Assembly: GCF_030028105.1 (NCBI RefSeq)
Contig: NC_092371.1
Location: forward strand, 213,402,031-213,466,030
Direction of reading: 5' to 3'
Source: Mobula birostris
Lineage: Eukaryota
DNA length: 64,000 nucleotides
Positions 1 to 12,404 of the stretch are shown piece by piece. Below the pieces are notes generated by a model that was not told the origin of the DNA, searched no databases, and was given only the letters and a program-made list of their open reading frames with translations. How positions within the stretch are numbered: the first letter of the stretch is position 1; each line of letters opens with the position of its first letter. The position numbers were made by a program, and so were the translations under genes.

Positions 1-21
1 GAGCTTTTAGATTTTTTTTGA

Positions 22-215
22 TTTAGAGATACTGCATGGTAACAGGCCCTTCTAGCCCAGTACACCCATGTGATCAATTAACCTGCTAACTTGAATGGCT
101 TTGGAGTGTGGGAGGAAGCCAGAGCACCCGGAGGAAACCCACATGGTCACGGGAGCAAGAATTAGAATCCAGGTTGCTGGTGCCATAGTAGCATTACACT
201 GTTAAACTACTATGT
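22..215 (-). mobile_element. HE1/V-SINE-type SINE fragment
   Basis: Reverse complement of the V-domain core (ccgtgaccatgtgggtttcctccgggtgctctggcttcctcccacactccaaag) plus a CR1-like tail. Confidence 0.75.
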
Positions 216-1299
216 TGCACTTGTAGAATAAAGCTTCAAAGATGCAGTTACATTTTAATTAGGAAAAAACACCATTTTTTTCATCTTATTGCATCACTGT
301 GCTAAATTACTAAGGTATTAATAGAAAACTAAATCATCTCAGGGAAGCAGCTTTAATAGGTAACATATGTAGCCAGTGATTTTCACATGTAGTTTAATTT
401 GTTGGAGCATGTTCACTGACTTTCTTCTCTTTCTGCTTGTGCTGTCATTGGAAAAAGCAGAAATGCTGAATAGCGGTTTTAGATTCCTCTCAGTCTAATT
501 GTAAGCACACGAGATGTTACCGGTGGCTCCGTCAGATTAAACCTTATTGTGTTCTTCGTACCCACCTAGATCCAGTACTCCTGAGAGGCATTTAAGACAT
601 GATGTTGCATCTCTACCCCAGCAGAATTCCTGGGTCTGAAAGAAAGTTTTTTTTTTAATGAGTCTGTTCACACACTATGGTGACATGTCCTGAGGAGAAG
701 ATGAGGACTGTTTTTGCGAGGAAATAAATTGGCAAACATTTTTATCAATTCCTAAGCCTTATTACGAGCGGGTGGGAGTTTTAGCTTGTAACTGCCAGGC
801 GCTCTCTCTGTTGTTCTACCCCCTATTTTTTTGTACAAGTGGTTTCATTTACATCAGATGGGAGGGACAGGTTCAGTACCAGCAAGGGCAAACAAGAAAC
901 TGAAAACTGTACAACCAGTGGAGCTATTTAATAATTTTGAGGCTAATTGAATCTGGGTTCAAATGCGGGCATGTGAAATCTGGTAACATTTTCTGGACTG
1001 AGAGCTGTTGATGTTTTTTTCCCTGTGCCAATGTCCATTTCAGGACACTTAGACTCTTACCTCAACAGTTCAGTATGTTCCTGGATTCCAGTTCAGAACC
1101 AGTGAGGATAACTTCACCCACCGCAATTCTGAACTGATTCTATAACTGATGGACTCGCTTTCAGCAACTGTAACTTGTTTATTGGGATACAGCACAGAAC
1201 AGGTCCTTCCGGGCCGTGATTGTTGTCTAGCTCCAAGGGTGGCATGATGGTACCACAACCAGCTGAGCTTATTAAGTTCTGAAGGACATAGCTCCCAGA

Positions 1300-1790
1300 C
1301 TGAGTCAGCCGCAGGCAGTGAATGAATGGAAAACCCACTTGACCACATTCCCACCAGACACAAAGCATTGTCGATGATATCATTGATAGAAGTGGCTACC
1401 AGTCTTCATGAAGACAAAGTCCGAGTTTATATCAACAACACCTTTAGCCATGTTGAATGGAACTTCAATAATGCTAGATGGGATAAACTAAATGGCTCAA
1501 AGCTGGGCATCCAACTGGAGTTTCTGAGAGCATCTCCCAAACCTATGATCTTTACCACAAGACAGACAGGGGCAGCAGGATCAGGGGAATATTACCACCT
1601 GTGGGTCACTTCCATTCTGATTTAGAAATGTACTGCCATTGGTTCGTTGTTGTTGGGCCCGAACGCAGCAGCTCTATCAGAGCACTTCACCATCAGTGGT
1701 TCAGCTCAATGTCACAAAACTATAATTATTACAAATAAATGCTGGTGTTACCAGTGGCATCTGGACCAAGAATAAATAACACAAGAAGTA
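1300..1790 (+). mobile_element. Old, degenerate CR1/L2-type LINE 3' fragment
   Basis: Decayed match to a common shark LINE 3' end (gcagcagg..ggaatattaccacctg...aataaatgctgg); no intact ORF. Confidence 0.4.
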
Positions 1791-2051
1791 TTCCCCAATC
1801 ACCCCGATGAACTCTTATCCTGCTACTGTTCCAGCTGTTTGTTGCTGAAAATTCTCTTTCATCTCCATTCTAAGGTCTGTGTGTGTCTCTCATAGCGTCT
1901 GCTTTCCTTAATCAAGTGCAGAAGCATCAATGGCTTATCCATGCTATGCCTCCCCAAATTCTCTCCAAGACCTACTGTATAGCCCTTTCAATGACACTTA
2001 CCAAGTTATCTTTGATTTTACTGATTCTGGGAAGCATAGTAGAGTCATGGA

Positions 2052-2350
2052 TTAAGATTAAAATCTGTCACGAGCCTTGTGGCCCATCAGGCCACTGCTT
2101 ATGCTGGTTTCCGTGGCATGAAGCGACTGAGAGTACGAGACTCCCCCCCCCCCCCCCCACTGGATAGGACGCCAGTCTATCGCGAGGTTAACCCCCCAGC
2201 ATTTTTGTCGGTACCCATTCTCAGCTGGGTAGACTGGAGCATTGTGTGGTTAAGTACCTCAAGGACACACACGCTGCCTGAGCTGAGGCTCAAACCCACG
2301 ACCTTCAGATCGCTAGTCCAACGCCCTAACCACTTGGCCACACACCGCAC
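2052..2350 (-). mobile_element. tRNA-headed SINE with 11-bp TSD
   Basis: TSD agagtcatgga at 2041-2051 and 2351-2361. Minus strand begins gtggccaagtggttagggcgttggactagcgatctgaaggtcgtgggtttgagcc (Pol III A/B boxes); body has acccagctgagaatgggtacc. Confidence 0.85.
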
Positions 2351-2631
2351 AGAGTCATGGAGATGTTAAACAGCATGGGAGCTGTCCTTCAGCCCAGCTC
2401 ATTCATGCCTACCCATTAATGCCAAGTTGCTTACCTGGGCTAGTCTCATTTATCCCTCTCAATCTTTTCTCCCCATATACAAAAGTCTTTTAAACATTGT
2501 AATTGTACCTGGTTTACCACATACCCACCACCGCCTGTGTGGAAAAACTTACCCTGTAGGTCCCCTCTCACCTTAAACCTATACTGTCTAGTTTTAGACT
2601 CCCCTGTCGTAAGTAAAAGACTGGAACTATT

Positions 2632-2750
2632 CAGCAGTCAAAACAGCGACTGTACTCTTTTCCATAGATGCTGCCTAGCCTGCTGATTTCCTCCAGCATT
2701 TTGTGTGAGTTGCTTGGATTTTCAGCATCTGCAGATTTTCTCTTGTTTGT
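2632..2750 (+). mobile_element. Penelope-like pLTR fragment
   Basis: cgactgtactcttttccatagatgctgcc...ccagcattttgtgtg...agcatctgcagatttt, the same unit that ends the GIY-YIG-coding copies at 37020 and 49600. Confidence 0.75.
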
Positions 2751-2874
2751 GACTCTGCCTTTCATAGTTTTATATAGCTCTACAAAGTCACTCTTCGGCC
2801 TCCTGCCAACAGAGGAAATAGCAGCCAATTATCCAGTCACTCATTATAACTCAAGCCCGTTAATATTGGTAACA

Positions 2875-3750
2875 TCCTCAAGGAACTTCTATAGATGTGT
2901 GGTGGAGAGCATATTGACTGCTACATTACAGCCTGGTATGGAAACACCAATGCCTTTGAACAGAAAATCCTGTAAAAGTTAGTGGATTTGGCCTAATACA
3001 ACATGGGTAAATCCCTCCTAGCCACTGTGCACATCGACATAAAATGCTGTTGTAGGAAAGCAGGATCTATTGTTAGAAATCTCCACCGCCCAGATCATGC
3101 TCTCTTCTCGCTGCTGCCATCAGGTAGAAGGTACAAAAGCCTCAGGACTCACACCACCAGCTTCTAGAACAGTTACTACCCATCAACCATCAGGCATTTG
3201 AATAGAAGTGGATAACTACACTCATTTGCCCCATCATTGAAATGTTCCTACAACTAATGATCTCACTTTAAGGCTTCAAAGGTACACTTAATGTCAGAGA
3301 AATGTATACAATATACATCCTGAAATGCTTTTTCTTCACAGCCATCCACAAAAACAGAAGAGTGCCCGAAAGAATGAATGACAGTGAAATGTTAGATCCC
3401 CAAAGTCGCTCCCCAGCTTCCCTCCCTCCCACGCGTAAGTGGCAGCAAGCGACACCGAGCACTCAAGTGTGAGCAAAGCAACACTAAAGACTCAGATTTA
3501 CAGTTCTCCAAAGACTCTTTAAGGACTCTTTATCTCGTAATCTCATGTTCTCATTATTTATTGCTTTTTATTTATATTTGCATTTGCACAGTTTGTTGTC
3601 TTCTGCACTATAGTTGATCCTTCATAGATCCTGTTACAGTTACTATTCTATGGATTTGCTAAGTATGCCCACAGGAAAATGAATCTCAGGGTTGGTATGG
3701 TGACACACATGTACTTTGATAACAAAATTAACTTTGAACTTCGAACTCTG
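2875..3750 (+). mobile_element. Rex1/Babar LINE 3' end, carrying a nested antisense insert at 3274-3516
   Basis: Encodes RNFYRCVVESILT..ITAWYGN and LLPSGRRYKSL; ends in aactttgaact. The nested insert is flanked by TSD ctttaagg (3266-3273, 3517-3524). Confidence 0.8.
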
Positions 3751-3856
3751 AATATTTTCTGCACCTTTTTCAGCTCATGATATTCCTGTGGCATGGTGAC
3801 CAAAGCTGGTGTGGAAATTGTCCTTGCTGGGTCTCAACACCTCCCTCTGCAACTAA

Positions 3857-4645
3857 ATCAGAATTGGGTCTAATATCACGGCATATGTCGTGAAATTTGT
3901 TAACTTTGCGGCAGCTGTACAATGCCATACATGATAATATAGAAAAAATATAAATAATAAATCAATTACAGTAAGTGTACTTTTATGTTTATTAAATAGT
4001 TATATTAAAAATAGTGCAAAAACAGAAATAATAAAAAATGTGGTAGTGTTCATGGTTTCAATATCCATTTAGGAATCACATGGCAGAGAGGAAGAAACTG
4101 TTCCTAAATCACAGAGTGTGTGTCTTCAGGCTTCTGTACCCCCTGCCTGACGATAACAATGAGAAGAGGGCATATCCTGGGTGATGGGAGTCCTTAATAA
4201 TGGACGCTGCCTTTCTGAGGCACCACTCCTTGAAGATGTCTTGGATACTATGGAGGCTAATACCCATAATTTTACAACTTTCTGTAGCTTCTTTTGATCC
4301 TGTGCAGTATCCCCCCACTGCTCCCCACCATACCAGACGGTGGCACAGCCTCAGCCTGTCAGAGGGCTGTCCATGATACATCTGTAGAACCTTTCGAGTG
4401 TCTCAGGTGACAAACCAAATCTCCTCAAACCCCTAATGAAATATAGCCACTGTCTTGCCTTCTTTATAGCTGCCGTGATATGTTGGGATCAGGTTATATC
4501 CTCAGATTTAACCTGGTCCCAACTCTCTCCACTTCTGATCCTTCTATGAGGATTGGTTCGTTTTCTCTCATCTTACCCTTCCTGAAGTCCACAATCAGTT
4601 CTTTGGTCGTTGGGTGCAAGGTTGTTGGTGTTACACCACTCAACC
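3857..4645 (-). mobile_element. Rex1/Babar LINE 3' fragment nested antisense in another Rex1
   Basis: Minus ORF 4109-4381 (KAASIIKDSHHPGYALFSLLSSGRGYRSLKTHT); 3' tail reverse-complemented at about 3857-3900. Confidence 0.8.
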
Positions 4646-4688
4646 AGATCCTGGTCTTCTTAACAGAAAGGCCACGGGGGCAGCAACG

Positions 4689-5130
4689 TTTCTAGTCCCA
4701 TTACGCTGAGCACTGGCACTCCTCACTGGAGCTTTCTAGTCCTGTTACGCTGAGCACTGGCTCCCCTCACTGGAGCTTTCTAGTCCCGTTACGCTGAGCG
4801 CTGGCTCCTCTCACTGGAGCTTTCTAGTCCCGTTACGCTGAGCACTGGCTCCCCTCACTGGAGCTTTCTAGTCCCATTAACACTGAGCACTGGCTCCCCT
4901 CACTGGAGCTTTCTAGTCCTGTTAACGCTGAGCACTGGCTCCCCTCACTGGAGCTTTCTAGTCCCATTATGCTGAGCACTGGCTCCCCTCACTGGGGCTT
5001 TCCAGTCCCGTTACGCTGAGTACTGGCTCCCCCCACTGAGGTTTTCCAGTCCCATTACGCTGAGCACTGGCTCCCCTCACTGGAGCTTTCCAGACCCATT
5101 ACGCTGAGCACTGGTACTCCTCACTGGAGC
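4689..5130 (+). repeat. 44-bp minisatellite, 10 tandem copies
   Basis: Unit tttctagtcccgttacgctgagcactggctcccctcactggagc starting at 4689, 4733, 4777, 4821, 4865, 4910, 4955, 4999, 5043 and 5087; two units are 45 bp. Confidence 0.97.
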
Positions 5131-6013
5131 TCAGTCTGCTGTTGACCCATGACCCATGACTGTGTTGATTCGGCTCAAACCGTGTCATCAAGTTTGTGCA
5201 TGACACAAGGGTGTTTGTCCTCACCAACAACGATGATGAATCGGTGCATAGAGGGGAAGTGGAGCGACTGGTGTGAGAGCAACAACCTAAGTCTGAATGT
5301 GGAGAAGACCAAGGAAATAATTGTGGACTTTGGGAAGGTGCAGATGAACTATCCCTCTCTGCGTATACGTAGCTCCTCGTTAGAAAGAGTTAAGTTCTTG
5401 GGAATTCACATCATAGATGAGCTCACCTGGTCCCTCAATATCACCTCCATGAATCAGAAGGCTCAGCAGTGCCTGCACATCCTAAGGAGATTGAGGCAAA
5501 CGAGGCTCTCTTTCCACCCCCTGCCCCATTATAACTGTATTTTACAAGAGCATTATTGAGACCGTCTCGACAAGCTGCATCTCCGTCAAAGCATCAGTCC
5601 CTACGAAGGACTGTGAGAATAGCTAAGAGAATCATAGGGGTCTCCCTACCATCCATCGGGGACATTTATCAGGAGCATTGCATACACAGGGCCCTTATTA
5701 AGGATCCCACCCGTCCATCCAGCATCCTCTTTGACTTTCTGCCATCAGGCAGGAGACTCTGATGTGCAAAGACAAGAATGGTCAGGATGGGAAACGTCTT
5801 CTTCCCTCAGGCCATAAAGTTTCTGAACTCCCTGCTGCATTGCATCGAAGTGTCACCGAATAATTTGTATTGTACCCTACAGTATTTGATTTGTGTGCTT
5901 TACTTTGTTTCTCGATGCGCAATTCATTTGTACATTTAATTCTTACTTTTCAAAGTTATTGTGTGTTATGTGTGCCTTACACCCTGGTCTGGAGAAATAT
6001 TGTCTCGTTTGAC

Positions 6014-6014
<1 letters not shown>

Positions 6015-6055
<41 letters not shown>

Positions 6056-6067
6056 TATATATATATA
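6015..6067. repeat. Compound (GT)16 / (AT)n microsatellite
   Basis: Directly visible, inside the Rex1 3' UTR. Confidence 0.95.
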
Positions 6068-7497
6068 GTTAATGACAATAAACTTAACAATTCTCCAAGT
6101 GTGGTCTCACTAGCACAAAGTGCTTATTTTTGACTCTACTCTTACACTTGTTGCCCTGAGTGACAAAGGCAAGCGTGCCAAATGTCTTCTTCACCACCTC
6201 GTTTACCTTGTTTCTACTTTCAGGAACAACGTACTTGTATCTCTTGACCTCTCTGTCCAACAGCCCAACAAACCAGCTTTAATCTGAAACCAATGGCAAT
6301 GTATCATTCCTTTTCCATTTACGCCAAGCCAAGAGACTGCAATATTCTCTGTTTCGGGTATACGTGTTCTTGAATTTGTTTTAGTGTTAGGTGTTCTGAG
6401 ATCATTGCAATATTTTTGAACCTCATCATTTCACCTCATGGGAACACTGAAACAAATGTTCGGCTATACTTAGACAAATATCGGATGATATCCTTGGCTG
6501 AGAGCATCTGGTACTTAATAATGCCTTATATTTAAAAAAAGAGTTTGTCTGAATTAAGTTTCTGCTCCTGTGGAACCATTTTGATTAAATTATTTTGTGG
6601 GTTTCTTAGTCTAGCCAGATATTTTTCATAGGGCAGTTTATGCTTTATATGTTTTAATGCCTTGCATTTTGAATTCTGTAATAAACAAATTGCCAGTGTA
6701 CAATGTGTTACCTCAGTAATTCAGCATTAAATATAAGTAATAAATTTATGCTTATTCCTTACATAAATATTCCTCAAGTACACTTCCACCTAAGCTTGTC
6801 AAGGACTTTCTAGACACATTGAAGGTGCATGTAAACACTGATGTGTTATTGGCATTGAGGCATACAGCTCAGCCATATGTATACATACCAACTTGGAAGG
6901 TTCATTAGGAATTGATTTGGTTCCAGCTGAAAGTGGGTCTTTTAAATGGTTTTCCTGCACAGAAAAGATTAATTGTACTTAAAATCTTACATTTCTGTGC
7001 TAAATGCTACAAGTACTTGAACCAAAATGTTTTCTCTATTTTGGCTTTGAGAATAAACGTTGACTATTAATTTCTCCACGAAAGCTATCGGATTTTTTAA
7101 AAAATGCATTTATTTTCTTGTGCTCTGAGTGATGCTGGCAAGGCTGATCCTTTCTCTTTTTGATCATTCTTATCACTGTCAAGGTTAAGAAGACCTTATC
7201 AGTTGTACGTCCTTTGAGACCTGAAAAGATGCTAATGGACATTTCCTTGAACCTCTGCAGTCCTTATATTCACAATACTCCTGCAATGGCGTTGGCTATG
7301 ATACTGATTCAGAATGTATGTAAATATATTGTACTAAAGGTGATAGACTAGGAACTGTAGAGAAGCAAATGGAATTAATTGTAAAAACTTAGTTTATACA
7401 TACAACAATAGTAGAATGCTGGTCTTTCTTACAAAGGGTAGTTATAGAAAAACAATGAAATAATGTGTTGGTTGTCTTGCCCAAAGGTCATCTGAAG

Positions 7498-7870
7498 TAA
7501 TCAGAATCTGAATCCTTTATTATCGCCAAGTACGTGGACACATACAGGGAATTTGATGCCGGTTTCCCTGAGCTGTCGCTGTACAGAATCAAAAAGCAAA
7601 CAAAACAATAGTGCAAATAATCGTGAACTATATACAATGAGGTATACCTGTGTATGTACAGGTGGACTTGGTTTATAATAGACTAAAATTCAAGTGTTCA
7701 TAAGACTGATGGCATACGGAAAGAAACTGTTCTTGTGCCTGTTTGTCCTGGCATACAGTGATCTAAAGCGCCTACCAGAAGGAAGGAGTTGGAACAGTTG
7801 ATGTCCAGGGTGTGATGGGTCTACAATGATGCTGCTTGCTCGCTTCCTGACTCTAGATGCATATAAGTAA
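7498..7870 (-). mobile_element. Rex1/Babar 3' end fragment
   Basis: aatcagaatctgaatc tail; the reverse complement reads LFQLLPSGRRFRSL. Confidence 0.7.
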
Positions 7871-7878
7871 TGTTTATA

Positions 7879-9514
7879 CAGGTTCCCCCGCCATCCGAAG
7901 GTAGAGCGTTCCTATGAAACGGTTCGTAAGCCGAAATGTCGTAAAGCGAAGAAGCAGTTACCATTTATTTATATGGGAAAAATTTGTGAGCGTTTGCAGA
8001 CCCAAAAATAACCTACCAAATCATGCCAAATAACACATAAAACCTAAAATAACAGTAACATATAGTAAAAGCAGGAATGATATGATAAGTACACAGCCTA
8101 TATAAAGTAGAAATACTTTTCCACAATCATTACTGCACTGTTCTCTGTAGTGAAAATCTCACACAAGTGCAGTCGGCAGAAAATCTCATGCAAGCACTGT
8201 TGGCAAAAACACGGCACAAGCGTTCTCCAGTAACCTTTAAGCTATGAAGCTGCCAAATCATACCAAATAACATGTAAAAATACACAGCCTATATAAAGTA
8301 GAAATAATGTATGTACAGTGTAGTATCACTTACCAGAATTGGTTCAGCGCCGAGCACACTGATGATGGTGTGTTAGACTGAGTCATCGCAGGTTGGGTGG
8401 TGCAGTGGCCCCCACCCTCCAGGCTGCTGACAGATACCGAACCGTGAAGCATGCAGGGGTACAGCGGTAGCCAGGAGGCATCCAGCACATCTTTAAGAAA
8501 AAAGCCGAAATAAACATGCTAATTAATTAGGTGCCGTCCGACACATAATTGTCGGCCCAGATCAGTGCCGATTTCCAATTGTGTCGTCTCTGATCTGGGC
8601 CAACAATTACGTGTCGGGCGGCACCTAATTAATTAGCATGTTTATTTCGGCTTTTTTCTTAAAGATGTGCTGTGTGCATCCTGGCTACCGCTGCATTCTC
8701 CGCGAATGGCGGGGTGGTGGGACACTGGGGTGTCATCTTGTCGTCTGTTTCCATTAGAACAGGCAGCTCATCTTCTCCTATGACTGCTTACCTCGATGTC
8801 GAAGGTCGAAGTACGTTGTCTGCTGTGGCTGATGCGGAAGGCTTGCTTGACTGCTGAGCCTCGCGCATTTTTCTATCATACAGTTCTTTGTAAGGACTCA
8901 AACCATCCTGCAAATATCCCCTAAACCTACATACCCTTTCAAAATTAAAGTCGTACTTTATCATTGCAGCGAAAATCTCACACAGTTGCTTCACGTTCAG
9001 TTCCTGGACGACTTCACTTTCGGTCCTTTCACTACTGCATTCAATTTCAATTGTTATCCTTTCCTCTAACAATTGCATCAGCTCTTCATCTATCAGTTCT
9101 TGGGTCATGGGATGCCAAAACCTCTTCAACATCATGTTCGTCAGCTTCCACAAGCCAAACTCATTTTGTCCTTACTTCGTTCACCACGATGGAAACGCTT
9201 AATTATGTCTAGTTTTACGCTAAGTGTAACACCCTTAACGAGCTCTTTTAGGCTTTTCCAATACCTTAGAACTCATCTTGCAAATGGCTGCTCACAGGCA
9301 CGTGTTTAAGCAATGCAGGCTCGAATGCCGTTCCCGGGGAGAGCGGCTGCTTAGGACGCGCGCTGCCTTTTATCGAGCGCTGATTTTCCCCGTGTGCTGC
9401 TTTTTTGTCATAACAGTGAAAACACCTTCTGAAAGTGAAAACAGGGTATTAATGTAGGTCTTTCGTAACAATGAGGTTTTGTAAAGCGAACGTTCGAAAA
9501 GCCGGGGACACCTG
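7879..9514 (-). mobile_element. Tigger/pogo-type DNA transposon, internally deleted and non-autonomous
   Basis: TA|caggttcccccg ... ccggggacacctg|TA ends. Minus strand encodes a CENP-B-like N-terminus (KPKRAR.GVTLSVKLDIIKRF, about 9180-9275) joined directly to an acidic Tigger-like C-terminus (ORF 8788-9153); no DDE core. Confidence 0.85.
8462..8693. repeat. Long inverted repeat inside the Tigger element (104-bp arms, 24-nt loop)
   Basis: 8462-8565 is the near-perfect reverse complement of 8590-8693. Confidence 0.93.
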
Positions 9515-9577
9515 TATTGCATTTTGTGATGTGCTATGTGGGTTTAGAATGCATTAGAGCTGGTAGTTTAGAAAGCT

Positions 9578-9709
9578 AACAACAGGAATTCTGCAGATGC
9601 TGGAAATTCAAGCAACACACATCAAAGTTGCTGGTGAACGCAGCAGGCCAGGCAGCATCTCTAGGAAGAGGTGCAGTCGACCTTTCAGGCCGAGACCCTG
9701 AATCAGGAC
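9578..9709 (-). mobile_element. Penelope pLTR-only insertion with 14-bp TSD and a decayed hammerhead motif
   Basis: TSD tagtttagaaagct at 9564-9577 and 9710-9723. Minus strand starts gtcCTGATTCagggtctcggcctGAAAggTCgactg. Confidence 0.85.
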
Positions 9710-9879
9710 TAGTTTAGAAAGCTCCCTTATACTGGGGCTTTCCCTTAAATCATGTATGATCAGAAATGTATTAGCTGAATTTTCAAAAAGAAATTGTTAT
9801 TGGTTTAATGGAAAAATAGCCTAGATGTGGGATTAATCTATTTAAAACTATTTCATCTATTACTTTAATGTCAAATACA

Positions 9880-9880
<1 letters not shown>

Positions 9881-9932
<52 letters not shown>
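9881..9932. repeat. (CA)26 microsatellite
   Basis: Directly visible. Confidence 0.97.
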
Positions 9933-9934
<2 letters not shown>

Positions 9935-10079
9935 TCCGGTTAATGGGCCATCAGTTCTTTAGGACAGCCGCTTATTTATGACAACTCTTAAAGTACAAAA
10001 ACTGATCGTGGAAGTAGTCGGGATTCCCTTTGTTTATTTGGGACACCTATGCCTCTTAATTGGGATAGGAGACTATTTA

Positions 10080-10360
10080 TATAACAATACAGTGCAGAGT
10101 GGGTCCTTCTGGCCTTCAAGCCACACTGCCTCAGCAATCCCTGACCCCAACCTAATCACAGGGCAATTTACAACGACCAGTTAGCCTACCGGTACGCCTT
10201 TGGACTGCGTGAGGAAACTGGCACACCCAGGGAAAACCTACACATTCCACATGGAGGGCCTACGGACTCCTTACAGATGGCACCAGAAAAAAGTTTCAAA
10301 CTCCAGAATACCCCGAGCTGTGATACCAGCATGCTGACTGCTACACTACCATGGCGCCCT
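10080..10360 (-). mobile_element. HE1/V-SINE-type SINE
   Basis: Reverse complement has head gggcgccatggtagtgtagcag, a V core (ggtttttccctgggtgtgccagtttcctc) and a CR1-like tail. Confidence 0.75.
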
Positions 10361-11234
10361 AATTTGCCCTTGCAAATAATTAATTGGCTATGAAGCTTTG
10401 TAATTCTAACAGTGTGAAAAATGATTGATTTGGTTATAGAGCAATAGTCAAGCATAAAATGAAATATAGTTTGGCTTATAATTGCTTCCCCCCCCCCAAA
10501 TTGCTAAAAATATTTCAAAGAGACAGGTTTTGTCATTTCTCAGTTTTAAGTTCCTCTCCAGCCATTTACTTCTCAACATGTGAGGGTCTGAACAGCTTAC
10601 AAATGAACAAAGAGCTGAATAGCGCAAGCCCTTCAAATCCAGGCTTTTAATGATTTGCATGTTTTTCTTCTGATCCCAAGACAGTGGGAGCTTGGATGTC
10701 ACCCATACCCCAAGGTTTGTCATGGGTTTCTACTTTATCGGAAGAGTTATGAATGGGATTGAATAACGTGCAATCACAAAGTGATATTATGATAGAGAGA
10801 AGATCATTGGCAATGAATCTGTATATGCTTAGGCAAAAGGAACTCTCTGAGATGTTTCATGGGCTGTGACAACCACAACTGTCTTATTTTGTGCAAGGTG
10901 TTCTTCCTGTTAAAGGTTGTTTTTCCTGTTTACTACAGTTAATTTGTTTTGATAAGCTCCTTAGTGTTAGGCTAGCTCTTCTCTGTCTGCTGGAAATAGA
11001 CTTGCAGCTGTACCCAGATAAAGACTGTGATGAGGTCTTGAGTCCAATGATACCAAAGGATTCCAAACTGAGCTTTTACTGTATTGCTTAGAATATCACT
11101 AGGTATTGATCGATGATGCATCATTGTTCATGACTACTTCTAACCTTGCAGATTTTTCGAAGGAGCCTTTAAGCTGGTAGTTATTTATCTGTTAGATTTT
11201 ATACTGAATTGCTTTGACAAAATGTAGTTTGTTT

Positions 11235-11478
11235 TCAGTATCAGGTTTATAATCACTGTGTTCTATGATGTGAAACTTGTCGTATTGCGGCAATGACGAC
11301 GTAAATAAATAATACAACAAAAGGAATAATAAGTTAACATTCATGGGTTTAGGGACCATTCAGGAACCTGATGGCAGAGGGGAAGAGAGTTCTGAATCAT
11401 TGAGTGTCTTCATACTCCTGTATTTCCCCCCTATGACAGTATTGAGAAAAGGACATGTAGGTCCTTAGTGATGGATTG
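11235..11478 (-). mobile_element. Rex1/Babar 3' tail fragment
   Basis: Same antisense tail as 3857-4200 (atcaggtttataatcactg...ccattcaggaacctgatggcagagggg). Confidence 0.65.
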
Positions 11479-12353
11479 CAGATTGAGTACCCCAATCCAA
11501 AATACTTGGGGCCGCAAGTGTTTTGAATTTTAGATATTTTTGGATTTCGGAGTATATTATGAGATAGTTTGGGATTGCCATCATTGCCAACTCTGAATTT
11601 AATGTGCCGTCTTTGTCTTACACTTGTTCATCACACATGCATACTTAACAGAATAAATATTATAAACGATTAATGAAAATATAATGTATGCAGGGTAACA
11701 AAAGCAGAATCAGGTGACTACCTGAATCAGCTGTTGAACAACAACAAACATTGGCAGGTTTTCAGTTACTGGTGTTTAATTAAAAGGTTACAGTATATTG
11801 TATTTGTATTTTACTTTTTTAAGGTTTTATGTAAGGTAGAAAAACAATCGGCATTGTAGACTTGTTCTGGTGTTAGATTTTCATCAGCAATGCTTTAAAA
11901 ATTTAATACCATTGTGTAAGGTGTAAAAACAATCGGCATCGTAGACTTTGTTCTGGTGCTAGATTTTTGTGATCAGCTTTAAAAATTTAAGTTTCTTAAG
12001 TTTCTGCAACCAGCCTGCTAAATATTCACAATCACCTTCAGTTCTCAGTTTTTTACTTACTTTATGATCAGCATACTGATAAAGTGGCTTATGTTCACCC
12101 TGACGCTGACGATATGCAATTGAGATCTTCATTTTTCACTTTATCCAGTGTTTTTCTATTTTTCATGAACTTTTCATTACATGTGTAAGGTCACTTCCCA
12201 GAACTGCCTGTGGTATACAGAGATCTGCACATTGCCTGGGAACCTTCCCAGCATCTTGTGGAATTTTTCATTTGTGACATCATGTCAGCACTCAGAAAAA
12301 TTTCGAATTTCGGGGTTTTCAGATTTTGGAATTTCGGATGAGGAGTATCGCTG
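11479..12353. mobile_element. Tigger4/Zombi-like non-autonomous DNA element
   Basis: Left end cagattgagtacccc.aatccaaaatacttgggg..aagtgttttg; both ends carry repeated ggattttcgg subterminal motifs; internal duplication of about 85 bp at 11830-11990. Confidence 0.65.
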
Positions 12354-12404
12354 AAAGCGATTTGCTAACCAGGCAGTGAGCCAAGATACAAAGGCCTTTG
12401 GAAC

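Larger units (their letters stand above)
3810..6088 (+). mobile_element. Rex1/Babar LINE (RT region to 3' end), interrupted by an antisense Rex1 fragment and a minisatellite
   Basis: LGLNTSLCN at about 3826-3853 resumes as ILVFLTERP at about 4648, then THDC...WCESNNLSLNVEKTKEIIVDF...KFLGIHI (ORF 5149-5559). Confidence 0.8.
2030..6265 (-). mobile_element. Old CR1 LINE 3' portion, split by several younger insertions
   Basis: Colinear antisense CR1 pieces at about 2030-2051, 2351-2630, 2750-2875, 3750-3805 and 6088-6265 (e.g. ttctccaagtgtggtctcactag = reverse complement of LVRPHLE). Confidence 0.65.

Noticed and set aside
4689-5130. CRISPR-like regular repeat array
   Set aside because: Units are contiguous with no unique spacers, there are no cas genes, the context is a vertebrate intron, and the unit derives from LINE sequence.
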